Shown in pieces: positions 40,113 through 53,600 of a stretch of 64,000 bases of DNA (its first letter is position 1; each line of letters begins with the position of its first letter). The DNA lies in contig OX597832.1 of assembly GCA_951406725.2 (NCBI GenBank), forward strand, positions 26,288,001 through 26,352,000, read 5' to 3'. Source of the DNA: Octopus vulgaris. Its lineage: Eukaryota. A program made the translations under genes and the position numbers. Below the pieces are notes generated by a model that made no database searches, was not told the origin of the DNA, and worked only from the letters and a program-made list of their open reading frames with translations.

Positions 40113-40589
40113 GTCCTCTATTTATCACTCTCTATCGTTCTATCTGTCTGTCTGTCCGTCTTTCTGCCTGTCTGTCTGTCTGTCTATTCCAGAAAAGATA
40201 CTCATACAATGAACATCATATATTTACATCAAAGTCCTGTTCTTCTCATTAAGACTCTCCAACTACATCCCCACCGCCTCTCGTTAACCTCCCACTCACA
40301 TATTGTTGATTGAACTAATTATGTTCATTAAAGTACACGCACACGCTCACACGCGCGCGCGCGCGTGCATAACGACTTCGAAGTAAGCACACATTCATAG
40401 AAAAATGCATGCATCAAATCGTCAAACATCTACGAATATGTATTGTATATGTATATATATATATATGTATATATTTTATATATGTGTATGTATATATATA
40501 TATATGTATATATTTTATATATGTGTATGTATATATATATATATGTATATATATATTTTATATATGTATATATATATTTTATATATATG

Positions 40590-40630
<41 letters not shown>

Positions 40631-40850
40631 ATATATATATATACATATATATAAAATATATATACATACATATAAAATATATATACATACATATATATAT
40701 ATACATACATACACATATATATATATATGTATATATATATATATGTGCGTGTGTATGTTGTATATATATGTATATATATATGTGTGTGCGTGTATATATA
40801 TATACAGGCGCACACACATATATATATGTATATGTGTATATATATATATG

Positions 40851-40899
<49 letters not shown>

Positions 40900-41093
40900 A
40901 TATACATAGATGATATATATATATGTACATATATACACGTATATACGTATGTACATATATATGTATATATATATACATATATATGTATATGTATACATGC
41001 ATATATAAATATATATGCATATATGTATGCACACACACACACACATATATATATATACATGTAAACATATATGAATGTACACATGTATATGTA

Positions 41094-41161
<68 letters not shown>

Positions 41162-41733
41162 CACACATACATACATATATATATATATATATACATACAT
41201 ACATATATCTACATATATATATTACATGGATCTTCCCACAATCCTTTAATGACCGACCGTTTATATTCCAAATACAGGAGCAACTACAACAGTCATTACG
41301 AATTATGGAAAAATGAATAACTAGCTCTGTTAAGCATTAATCACATTCACTCACACACACACGGACACACGGACACACACACACACACGGTCACACGCGA
41401 GCCCGTGTATACACACACACACACACACACACACGTCCTAAATCTCTCTGCACCTTTGATGTATTTATTAGTAATCCGCTGAACACGACTTGTATATTTG
41501 TTATCAATCGAATGTAAAATTATATAATCGGTGGATTAACTTTGTGAGGAAACTCTTTTTAATAAACTATATTAACTGGATAACATCACTACGATGCTTC
41601 GACAGAATCCTTTCGGAAAGAGAAACGGGAAGCTGGACGCCTGCCTATCCGTTTTGCGTGCGAGTGAGCATGCCTGCTTGCCCGTCTGCCTGTCTGTCTG
41701 TCGATGCATATAATACGTATATATACGTATACG

Positions 41734-41764
<31 letters not shown>

Positions 41765-41774
41765 TACTTTTTAA

Positions 41775-41864
<90 letters not shown>

Positions 41865-41875
41865 CATATGTATAT

Positions 41876-42365
<490 letters not shown>

Positions 42366-42985
42366 AAAATATATATATATATAACAAATGAAATCACACA
42401 AAAAGACCTTCCTTGTGTAGTCGCCATTTTCTAAGGGATCACAAAAATGAAAATTATACAATTTTAAATAAAATGAACAAAATGAAACATTAAAACAAAA
42501 TTAAAATATTATTTTATTTAAGGCTTAATTCTGTTGATCATGTTCAGCTATAAACTCTAAACCTTCCGTTATCAAGAAATATGTAGAATGTGTTTGTGTC
42601 TCTTACCGTTCGTTTTAAAAAATGAATTTGAAATCTGCTCCTTCTTTTTGAATAACCCTGTATATATATTTCGTTTTGGGATTTGGTTTGCAAGATTCTT
42701 TATGTGAGTTCGTGTGTTGAAGCATATTGTGTGTTGAAGCATGTTGTGTCTGGGGAGAGTAATTTTCTTTTTGTGCCTTATAGTTTAACACACCTACCGG
42801 AAAAATTTCCACTTTTTTCTTATTTTTATTTTTTTTTATTTTCAAAAATTAAGTGCAAATTTTACCGGTGAGTGTGGTAAATTATAAGGCACAAAAAGAA
42901 AATGGCTCTCTCCAGACACACCTGTGTATATATTTTTTTCCCTCCGTTCGTCCACCTCGGGATCTTTCTTTCTTCCTTCTCTTAT

Positions 42986-43020
42986 GTTTCCGACGAAGAG
43001 CTCCGCTCGAAACGTCATAC
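42986..43020 (+). ncRNA. minimal hammerhead-like motif, U4C core variant
   Basis: gttt-CCGACGA-a-gagc-tcc-gctc-GAAAC-GTC-atac; stem III is reduced to the palindrome ACGT. Confidence 0.55.
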
Positions 43021-43110
43021 CCTCCTTCTTCCCTTTTTCCTGAGCGCCTAATAATAATACTTTAATTGTTCCACGTGTTGTTGTTTTTTCTGTTTTCCCG
43101 TTTGGATTAA

Positions 43111-43178
<68 letters not shown>

Positions 43179-43346
43179 GGGAGTATAACTCCAAACTTAC
43201 AGGGAAAAATTCAATTTAGTATTAAATCAAATTTCACAGTATAAATATATAAAATATAAAATATGAATTAGAGATAAAACCACTATTATGCAACTCAAAC
43301 ATAGACATAAACCAATGCATACATATATACATACACACATACATAC

Positions 43347-43377
<31 letters not shown>

Positions 43378-43429
43378 TATATATACACACACATATATAT
43401 ATATACACATACACACACACAAACATACA

Positions 43430-43582
43430 ACAGGCTTCTTATCACTTTCCGTTTACCAAATGCAATCGCAAGGCATTGTCCGGGCTAGGGTTATGGAAGA
43501 GGACACTTGCCCAAGGTACCACGCACTGGGACAGAACTCGAAACCGTGTGATTGGGACGCAAGCTTCTTACCCACACAGCCA
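43430..43582 (-). mobile_element. diverged SINE family B head
   Basis: GACACTTGCCCAAGGTACCACGCACTGGGAC. Confidence 0.7.
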
Positions 43583-43815
43583 AACCGATTCTTTTCTCTT
43601 CAATTCTTCGAGTTAATTACAACAATGATTTCTAATCATATTAAAAGACATCCAATTGGAATCGGTGAAGCTGTAGATCAATTTCGATGTCATCGATCTC
43701 CCTACTTAGCTTTTAATATGATGCGGGGGAGTTCCTGCTTGTTGGGAATATTCTGGAAATTATCTTAATGGGAAATAATTGCAATCATTGTTTTATAATT
43801 AACTTGCATGACTAA

Positions 43816-43850
<35 letters not shown>

Positions 43851-43903
43851 ATAACAATAGTTATTGTCATTATCATCATCATCGCCGTTACCGTCGTCGT
43901 CAC

Positions 43904-43956
<53 letters not shown>

Positions 43957-43976
43957 TCATCATCATCATCATCATC

Positions 43977-44022
<46 letters not shown>

Positions 44023-44171
44023 ATTATCGCCATCATCGACATACGTCGTCGTTGTGGTTGGCGGCGGAGGAGGAGTCACTGTTATCGTCAGTTATCATCA
44101 TCATCATCGTCATCAAATTCATTGTCGCCAGATAGATAGATAGAGAGATAGATAAATAGATAGATAGATAA

Positions 44172-44258
<87 letters not shown>

Positions 44259-44404
44259 TACGTATATATATATATATATATACATATATACATATGAATA
44301 TTTAAATGGATGAATGAATTATCCTTTGTTTATTGTTAACATGGAAAATTCAATAAACAGTTACCAGGGTAGCAAAATTCACACAAGTAACACGGATGAA
44401 GCGA

Positions 44405-44490
44405 CCTATTCCTGATGAGAAGATTGCATTTTACACCGTTTATTCCTTTGGAATAATACCATGTTGCCTTCGAAACATATGTCGAAAGTA
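44405..44490 (+). ncRNA. type I hammerhead ribozyme in a Penelope-like remnant (44300-44535)
   Basis: ttc-CTGATGA-gaag...cttc-GAAAC-atat-GTC-gaa. Canonical core, palindromic stem III ACATATGT, triplet GUC. Confidence 0.7.
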
Positions 44491-44551
44491 AAAGAATTTT
44501 AATAACATCTTCGTTCAACTCCATTTATTTACTTATAATACACATATATAC

Positions 44552-44619
<68 letters not shown>

Positions 44620-44655
44620 ATATATACATATATATATAGAGAGGAGAGCGAGATG

Positions 44656-44688
<33 letters not shown>

Positions 44689-44691
<3 letters not shown>

Positions 44692-45000
44692 TTATATATA
44701 TATAAAACTGAAAATGTGTCTGTCTGTCTGTGTGTTTCCCTAAAACTTGAGAACTACACAACCAATTTCATTCAAATTTTACACATGCCTTACTTAGGGT
44801 CCATGTAGTTTCATGGGCAAAAAAAATGTTCAACTTCTTGCCTAGAGCGAGCCCATAGCAATATCATATCTTCTCCACTATTTCAGTATTACGTGTTAAA
44901 AGTGAAACAAAAACATTTCTCTATTTTATGTCAGATACTTTCACTTTAACAATAAAAATAATAATAACAATTGAATTATATGTAGTAAGTAATAATAAAA
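44689..45000 (+). mobile_element. 5' part of a non-autonomous Helitron-like element
   Basis: Starts TCTTTATATATATAAAA...GTGTCTGTCTGTCTG like the element at 59563; no 3' hairpin/CTAG found, so the end is uncertain. Confidence 0.45.
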
Positions 45001-45707
45001 ATCAAACTAAAGTATAATATAATCGTAACATAACAAAAGTAAAAATAGCAATTGGTATAAAATTGCATCAATGACTTGAATAAGTGGTTTCACATGAATA
45101 GGAATAAATTAAAAATAAAATTTGCGTGCAGAAATGGAATAGTCCAGATGGATAATAAAAAATTAAATTAAAGAAAAGACTATTGTCTATAAAGTATACA
45201 ATGTAGAGAAAAAAGATTTGAACACATGGAGGAAAGCACCTTCGAAAAGTGTCTTGGTGCGACTATGAAAGATATCTAATCAGAGGCGGTAAATTCGCCA
45301 CAATAGAAGCAAGGTTCGAGTCAATGGAGCGTGCAAGGGAGTACTCGACTCGAACTTGCAAAGTGGAAATATTTTATATTTACCGTTATATCTGGGACGT
45401 AGGACGTCCCGGAAAAAGATTTAAAATGCATCCCCCCCCCCCCAGAAGTAGAGGTAGGCTGGATTGTAGCCACAGTTCTATACAAGAGGGAGGACAAGAT
45501 ACAATTGATCGAAATTACAGGAGACGGGCTAACAATTCCAGTCTGTTATATATTTTGAGTATTGTTCTCACTAGCGATATCAAGATATAACTTTGCATAG
45601 TGTTCAAATACAAGGGGCATTTTCCTTGTTTCTGCCTGTCACTGTCTCTCTTGTTTACTCTTGTGGGTTCGAGGTCGTTATAAAATTTAATTTTTTTTTC
45701 ATATGTA

Positions 45708-45743
45708 CAGTTGAAAAAGTTTCAATGACTGAAACCGGTACTG
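45708..45743 (+). ncRNA. minimal type I hammerhead with compensatory U3-A8 core
   Basis: cag-TTGAAAA-agtt-tcaat-gact-GAAAC-cg-GTA-ctg. A sister copy at 36309-36340 (minus) has stem II ggtc/gacc. Confidence 0.6.
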
Positions 45744-45803
45744 AAATGTTTTTTATAAAGTTATTTTAACATTTTCTACCTTGACATTTTTCCATATATA
45801 TAC

Positions 45804-45866
<63 letters not shown>

Positions 45867-45959
45867 TACATACATATATATATATATACACACATATATA
45901 CATATATATATATACACATATATACATATATATATACATATATATATACATATATATAC

Positions 45960-46012
<53 letters not shown>

Positions 46013-46015
46013 CGT

Positions 46016-46159
<144 letters not shown>

Positions 46160-46174
46160 AGCACATATTCATAT

Positions 46175-46400
46175 CCCCTGCGTGGCATCTTGGGCAAGAG
46201 TCTTCTACTATAGCCTTGAATGTGTAATTCAAAAAATGGTGCAGCCTTGTCACACTCTGAGTCCTGTTGATTTTCTCTGGATTGCTGAATGTTTAAGTGA
46301 GCAAGTGTCTTAGAAATACTCAGCCACTTAGACACACTAATTCGATGAACAGAAGTAATGCTGTTACTCCAACAACTGGGTGCTTTTCGCCAAAAGACTG
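46175..46400 (+). mobile_element. diverged chimeric SINE: family B core plus family C tail
   Basis: GTGGCATCTTGGGCAAGAGTCTTCTACTATAGCC followed by CAGCCTTGTCACACTCTG...ACTCAGCCACTT. Confidence 0.55.
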
Positions 46401-46427
46401 AAATCCACCATCAGCACCACCTCTACT

Positions 46428-46495
<68 letters not shown>

Positions 46496-47171
46496 CATGT
46501 ATATGTATGCGTGTGTGTGTGTGAGTGTGTGTGAGTGTGTGTGTATGAGTATGTGTGTGTGAGTGTGTGTATGAGTATGTGTGTGAGTGTGTGTGTGTGA
46601 GTGTGTGTGTGTGTGTATGAGTGTGCGTGTGTGAGCGTGTGTGTGTGAGTGTGTGAGTGTGTGAGTGTGTATGTGTGTGTGAGTATGTGTATGTGAGTGT
46701 GTATGTGTGAGTGTGTGTGTGTGTGAGTGTCAATGAGTGTGTGTATGTGTGAGCGTGTGTGTGAGTGTGTGTGTGAATGTGTGTGTGTTTGAGTGTGTGT
46801 GTGTGAGCGTGTGTGAGTGTGTGTGTGTGTGTGGTGCTAATATTTCGGATGTAGGTAAGCAACGTTTAAATCGAGACACCACTCATTCTGGTTGCAATTT
46901 CCGTTTTAGTTCATCTTATTTCTCGAAAAATTCTATTATTAGCTCGGCCATTCATTTTCATTTTTCACAATTGCAGATATATATATGTGTGTGTGTGTGT
47001 GTTTATGTGTGTGTCTGTGTCTATGTCTGTGTGTCTGTGTGTCTGTGTGTCCATTTAACGTGAACAATACTCAAAATTTTTCTCATTCATCATTTCTGGC
47101 CAATTATTCTTCTTTGCTCTACATTTCGTTGAATGATATAGCATTGTTGTTGTTGTTGTTATTATTATTAT

Positions 47172-47223
<52 letters not shown>

Positions 47224-47251
47224 GGTGGTGGTGGTGGTGGTGGTGGTGGTG

Positions 47252-47331
<80 letters not shown>

Positions 47332-47338
47332 GGTGGTG

Positions 47339-47380
<42 letters not shown>

Positions 47381-47382
47381 TT

Positions 47383-47595
47383 GAACTGGCAGAAACGTTA
47401 GCACTCCGGGCGAAAGCCGTAAGCCGTATTTCGTCTGTCGTTACGTTTTGGGTTCAAATTCCGCCGAGGTCGATTTTGCCTTTCATCCTTTCGGGGTCGA
47501 TAAATTAAGTACCAATTACGCACTGGGGTCGATGTAATCGACTTGATCCGTTTGTCTATCATTGTTTGGCCCCTTGTGGGTAAAAAAGAAATATA
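47383..47595 (+). mobile_element. SINE family A
   Basis: Core match with a deletion in the tail. Confidence 0.85.
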
Positions 47596-47640
47596 TTATT
47601 ATTATTATTATTATCATTATTATTATTATTATTATTATTA

Positions 47641-48190
47641 TTGAGTGAGAGAGCAGTGCATGCCATCAAAGTGACACTGGGGTAAAATATACGAAGCCCA
47701 ATATACCCATCATGACTACCCGTCTGATAAAGGTACACCAGGCACATGCATCACAACCATATGTGCGCGACATGGTGATCTCATATCAAGATAAACAGCA
47801 CATGACCTTGCAGGTGGGGCCCAGTTAGAATTTTCTTCAGGTTGAGTAGCCCATCCCGCTCAAAAGGTCCCTGAATAAAGGTTGTTTAAGGATGTTGAAA
47901 GAACCACCCATGTTTCCAGAGGTGAATTATTCAAACCCCAAAGAATCCCCCCAACACATGGCCATGATGCTCCCCCACTACTTCTGCTCGTGATCAGAGA
48001 TGCACATATCGTCAGCCACTAAGGGACATGCTCAACTGGTTAAGGTCAAACAACTGACAAGCAAATCTGTGGTATTGAGCAGAATATTTGCTGTAGCCTA
48101 TCTTTTATACCAAGACAAAACAATGTACATGATAACACTTCCAATCAGTTAAGATGAGAAGCCATGAGAGCCACTGCCTGGTACTGCATC
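47641..48190 (-). mobile_element. ~550 bp non-coding element (family E) inserted in (TAA)n
   Basis: (TTA)n on both flanks; its 3' end recurs at 2545-2603; no substantial ORF. Confidence 0.7.
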
Positions 48191-48236
<46 letters not shown>

Positions 48237-48242
48237 GCATCA

Positions 48243-48455
48243 AGACAGTGAGATGGCAGAGTCGTTAGCGCACTGGATGAAATGCTTAGCGGTATTTCGC
48301 CCGTCGCTACCCTCTGAGTTCAAATTCCGCCGAATTCAACTTTGCCTTTCATCCTTTCGAGGTCGATAAAATAAGTACCAGTCGAGCACTGAGGTCGAGG
48401 TACTCGACTTGCACCCTCCCTCAAAATTTCAGGTCTTGTGCCTATTGTTGAAAGG

Positions 48456-48460
<5 letters not shown>
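48243..48460 (+). mobile_element. SINE family A, alternative tail
   Basis: Core match, tail CAAAATTTCAGGTCTTGTGCC. Confidence 0.8.
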
Positions 48461-48487
<27 letters not shown>

Positions 48488-49733
48488 GATTATTATCTCA
48501 CCGTATAACACCAAATACAAATGAAATAGAAATAGGGACTACAGAAAACCAAGAAGGGGATGTATTTGAGGAGCCCTCTGTAGGTAATGAGTTAGAAGAA
48601 CCTGTAAAACAACAAACAGCACCAAAAAGTGACATGGATAGGGAGAAGTATTTGGAACTAAAAGAAGAAATACAGAGAAAATGGGAACAGGTAGAACTAT
48701 ATACATGTTCAATCTCATGCGGACGTCCCGTGTATAGTTCTTCAAATTATATCTTGCTATGACGATCACACTGATGAGTTGCGAACATTTACAGAAGTAT
48801 TATGTAAGTGGTAACAATGAAATCTGGTTTGTGATTAATCTTTATATTTTGTATCTTTCCATTTGTATTGCTCGCTTGCGTTCTGAAGTTTGCTGAATTA
48901 TTTGAGAACAATCCTTTCTTAGTGGTAAGACCATAGGGGGTCTACTTCTAACATAATGGATGTCCACTTAGTGCTCAACCCTCCTATAAGTGTATATATA
49001 TATATCATCATCATCATCATCATTATCATCATCAGTGCGTGTCGGAATAAGCCGGTGTAGCAGCCGTCTAGTTATTCCTGCGACGTTTTTGTCAGGGCCC
49101 AAGTTTCGAACCTGAAACAGCTGTAATCATATGGAAATCATATGAAAACAATAAATCTATTTTCACCTCTCATAACTCCTGGTTATATGATATATATACG
49201 CATGTAGACACTTAAATTGGAACATCACATCTGCCCAGTACTGCCACATGCCGAATTCCCCGGCGTCGATGTATACATTCTATCGAATGTATACGAAAAC
49301 AAAGACGAAAACACGGAGAAATGGTACACAATTACAAATACAAACTACAGGACATTAATAACAGGCGTCTTTCGACTAAGGACGAATTAAATTAAGCTGG
49401 CGTGTGTGGAAGTGAAGCCTTAGAGCAGGAACATAAGAGATGAAAGTCATGGAAATGAATATAAGAGATGCTACACGGATGGTAGTCGAACCAAGAAAGG
49501 CCAGACTTGGCGAAACACCGGAGAGGGGTAGGGGTAGAGGGATTGAAGAATTAAGGCGAGGTGAGTAAGAGAAAAAGAAAGGAAAGCGACAGAGTGAGGT
49601 AAAGGAGGGGGAAAGTGATGAGAATGAAGGGAAGGCAAAGAAATGTGAGAGAGGGGGAGCGAGAAAAAGAAAAGTGGAAAGAACGAATAAAGTGTGAAGG
49701 GGGCTTAAAGAAAGAGTAAAAGAGTCGTACAGA

Positions 49734-49779
<46 letters not shown>

Positions 49780-50378
49780 TAAACAGTAAAAATAATTACA
49801 GACATGGACAAGAACATGAAACGCCACAGAGACGACACAAGAACCACAGGACGGGACATTCGAAGCCCTCAGTCATCAGTCAAGAACCAGATCATCTTAG
49901 CAATTTCGGCTGATTAATCTTGAGATTGCTCCGATATGGCCAGCCCGCCACGGGAAATCTAAGCCAAGTGCATTAGATCCCCTGGAAGAAAGCTTCGAAT
50001 GTATACAACACGAGGACGGAAAACGAACGAAGTACACGAACAAAAATACAGAATACGTGACAACAATAAGAATACAAAAACGTAAAACAATAACGGTAAA
50101 AATAAAGTATAAAGAATAAACAACAAAACAAAACCAGGACGTAGGACAAGGGTCTTTCGACAGGACGAATTGAGCATGGGGCTAGCTTATGAAGTTGTGC
50201 CTAATGGCCACAGGGAGACGAACAAGTACGTGTTGCTTCAACGGCTGCTGGAACGAAAAGAGCGTTCAACAGCGGCTAGCGGTCACGTGAGAACAAAAGA
50301 CAAGAGAAAGGGACAGATGAAAAGAGAGAGAAGGTGGACGAGGGAGGAGAAGAAAGAGACAGATCGAGGGGGCTGGAG

Positions 50379-50416
<38 letters not shown>

Positions 50417-50442
50417 CATACATATATATACACATATATATA

Positions 50443-50515
<73 letters not shown>

Positions 50516-50516
50516 C

Positions 50517-50664
<148 letters not shown>

Positions 50665-51599
50665 GCACATATGTATATGTATGTATGTATATGTATGTAT
50701 ACTTACATACAGGAGACCAAAAGTGTACAACGCTGCTATATGTATATATATAAAAAAAATTTTTTTAATGGAACAAGAACGTAACGGGCGAGACACGAAT
50801 GATGGAAGATACGAAAATGTTTATTGATCCCTACAACTGTTTCGACCCATCTAGCATCGATCCCTGATGGGTGGGATACTGAACATCTGGTTCGGGTGTA
50901 TCCCTCGGTGCAGATGTGTCTCCTCGGTGCAAATCTGTCTTTTCTTCGCGAAATTTCTTCTCGGTCTCCGTATATAGAAACGGCAAATTGTGGTACACAG
51001 CTTCATTCTTATAGAAGATCCACAACAAATGTCACATACAAGAAGAAACACATACATAGTACAACGACAAAAGTATTAGATATAGCCGTTAGTAGATACG
51101 GATATACAAACGCCCACACGCAAGTGATTTGGCACACGTACACTCGCTCGTACAGAAGCACACGTACATACAAGCACACATACATACACACGCACGGTTT
51201 GGCGCACTTACACTCACACACGGAATTAAGTCGACATTAATAAAGTCAGTGTCTATTACTGGCTTGTGATACGATTCCGCTTAGTGAGGTGTCACAGATT
51301 CTGTTGCGCAGTTCACTGGGTCTGGCTGGTGTACTTATAGTAATTGTGCAATCATAAATGCAGACGTAAGCAAATAAATAATTAAATAAAATAAACTATT
51401 AAGATGTCTTGTAGTTTATTCAAGCATTATCAATGTTTGGAACAAATAAATGCGTGAATAAAATGTCTTGTAGATATGACATCGTCACCATTAGGATTTA
51501 CTTATGATCCCTTACATCCTGTGTTCAACTACCGCCGCCGGAGACAACTTCCCATCACGACCTTCTTGGAGGAGGAGAAATAAAATAGTCCCAGTCAAA

Positions 51600-52016
51600 T
51601 ACTCTTTTACTCTTTTACTTGTTTCAGTCATTTTGACTGCGGCCATGCTGGAGCACTGCCTTTAGTCGAGCAAATCGACCCCAGGACTTATTCTTTGTAA
51701 GCCCAGTACTTATTTTATCGGTCTCTTTTGCCGAACCGCTAATTTACGGGGACGTAAACACACCAGCATCGGTTGTCAAGCAATGCTAGGGGGACAAACA
51801 CAGACACAGAAACATATACACACACATACATATACATATATATACATATATACGACAGGCTTCTTTCAGTTTCCATCTACCAAATCCATTCACAAGGCTT
51901 TGGTCGGCCCGAGGCTATAGTAGAAGACACTTGCCCAAGGTGCCACGCAATGGGACTGAACCCGGAACCATGTGGTTGGTTAGCAAGCTACTTACCACAC
52001 AGCCACTCCTGCGCCA
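51600..52016 (-). mobile_element. SINE family B, full length
   Basis: Reverse-complement near-consensus copy. Confidence 0.9.
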
Positions 52017-52167
52017 ACTGGCGAGGATTTCTTCAACTGCATCCTTTTCTGAATGTTATTTTCCGTTTCTTCATTCATCTTCGGAACTAAAAACAGAAAT
52101 GTTTTGGAACTGCTAACTACAGTTTCTGGATCCTGTTGTTGCTGCTGGCCCAGCCTCTGTGTATTTG

Positions 52168-52241
<74 letters not shown>

Positions 52242-52260
52242 CTATCTATGTATCTATCTA

Positions 52261-52322
<62 letters not shown>

Positions 52323-52511
52323 TAAAAACGGTAAGATAACAAAAGAAAGAAATGGACCTCAATATTATGTAAATAGAGGAAATTTATCTGTAAAATAATA
52401 TGTTACAATTACTCAATAGCCAAGCTAAAACTCTGAGTTTCAGATGCCGAAGTGGAAATCCACAACACCATCTCTTCGGCTGTCTGGCCATCTCTGGCCA
52501 TATATATATAT

Positions 52512-52815
52512 ATGGTCCAGTGGTTAGGGTAGCGGACTCGCGGTTGTAGGATCGCGGTTTCGATTCCCAGACCGGGCGTTGTGAGTGTTTATTGAGCGAA
52601 AACACCTAAAGCTCCACGAAGCTCCTACAGGGGTTGGTGGCGATCCCTGGTGTACTCTTTCGCCACAACTTTCTCTCACTCTTTCTTCTGTTGGTCCGCT
52701 CGCTTAGTCAGCGGGGTGGCGTCATTTGAAGGCTAAAACAATGCAAAGCGCATTGTGACCAGCAATGTGTAGCAACATCTGATATAGCAACATCTGATAT
52801 AGCAACATCTGATAT
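52512..52815 (+). mobile_element. SINE family D (tRNA head)
   Basis: A box TGGTCCAGTGG, B box GGTTTCGATTCCC; other copies at 13615 and 63817. Confidence 0.85.
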
Positions 52816-53269
52816 CTTTCTCTCTCTCTCTTCCATCTTTCTCTCTCTCTTCCCTCTCTCTCCTCTTCCCCCTCTCCCTCTCTGTTCCCAATTTCTTCGG
52901 TGCCACCAGAAAATCTCATTCTCCTTCATATGAAATTACTGACGCAATTTTAACGAATCCCTTGTTGAGATTTGAACCAAAGCTCTCAGATTTCCCCAGT
53001 CTAGAAACGCGACCCAATATAAAAGGAGAAGTGTATTAATGCCGACACGAATATATCTCAACCAATCAGCGCTGCCTGGTTTATTATGGCTGACACAGCA
53101 AACTTCCGCGAGTTTTCCCACCAAACAATTTAGACGAAGGTTCTAGAAGCTGGCTTATAGCTATAAAAGCTGAGAAATTCAACCGCTGGTCAGAGAGCCA
53201 CTTATATAAGCATTTCGCCCGGCGTGCTAACGTCTCTGCTAGCTCGCCGCCTTCAAAAGGGTTTTTAAG

Positions 53270-53600
53270 AGGAAAAGAGTATTGTGTATCCTGACGATTA
53301 GCACCGGGTATCAAGATGCTGACATCATGACTGCAGCTCAATGCTCTATAAACACCGTAAAGGCTGTAAAATGTGACGGGGACAGCTGCAACAGAGACTA
53401 CAAAGTCGTGGCCAACCATGTTCCGGAGCCATGTAGAGGTCTTGGTGGAAGCTGAGGGCGGCTGTTTTGAATAAATTCTTATCTCCCAGCCATAATCTAA
53501 TTGATAAGCATTTTTTTTTAAATACTTTAATTTTTGGATGGGATATTGTGTTTTCGTTTCCGTTTGAGCAAACTCTCAAACCTAGCCCAAACACCCTCTA
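53270..53600 (+). mobile_element. internally deleted Tc1/maT-like DNA transposon
   Basis: N-terminal-like DADIMTAAQCSINTVKAV joined to C-terminal FRSHVEVLVEAEGGCFE* (stop 53472-53474); ends CACCCTC-TA. Confidence 0.55.

Noticed and set aside
49860-49920. Possible type II hammerhead on the minus strand (GAAA...CTGATGA)
   Set aside because: Stems I and III cannot be drawn and stem II is out of register.
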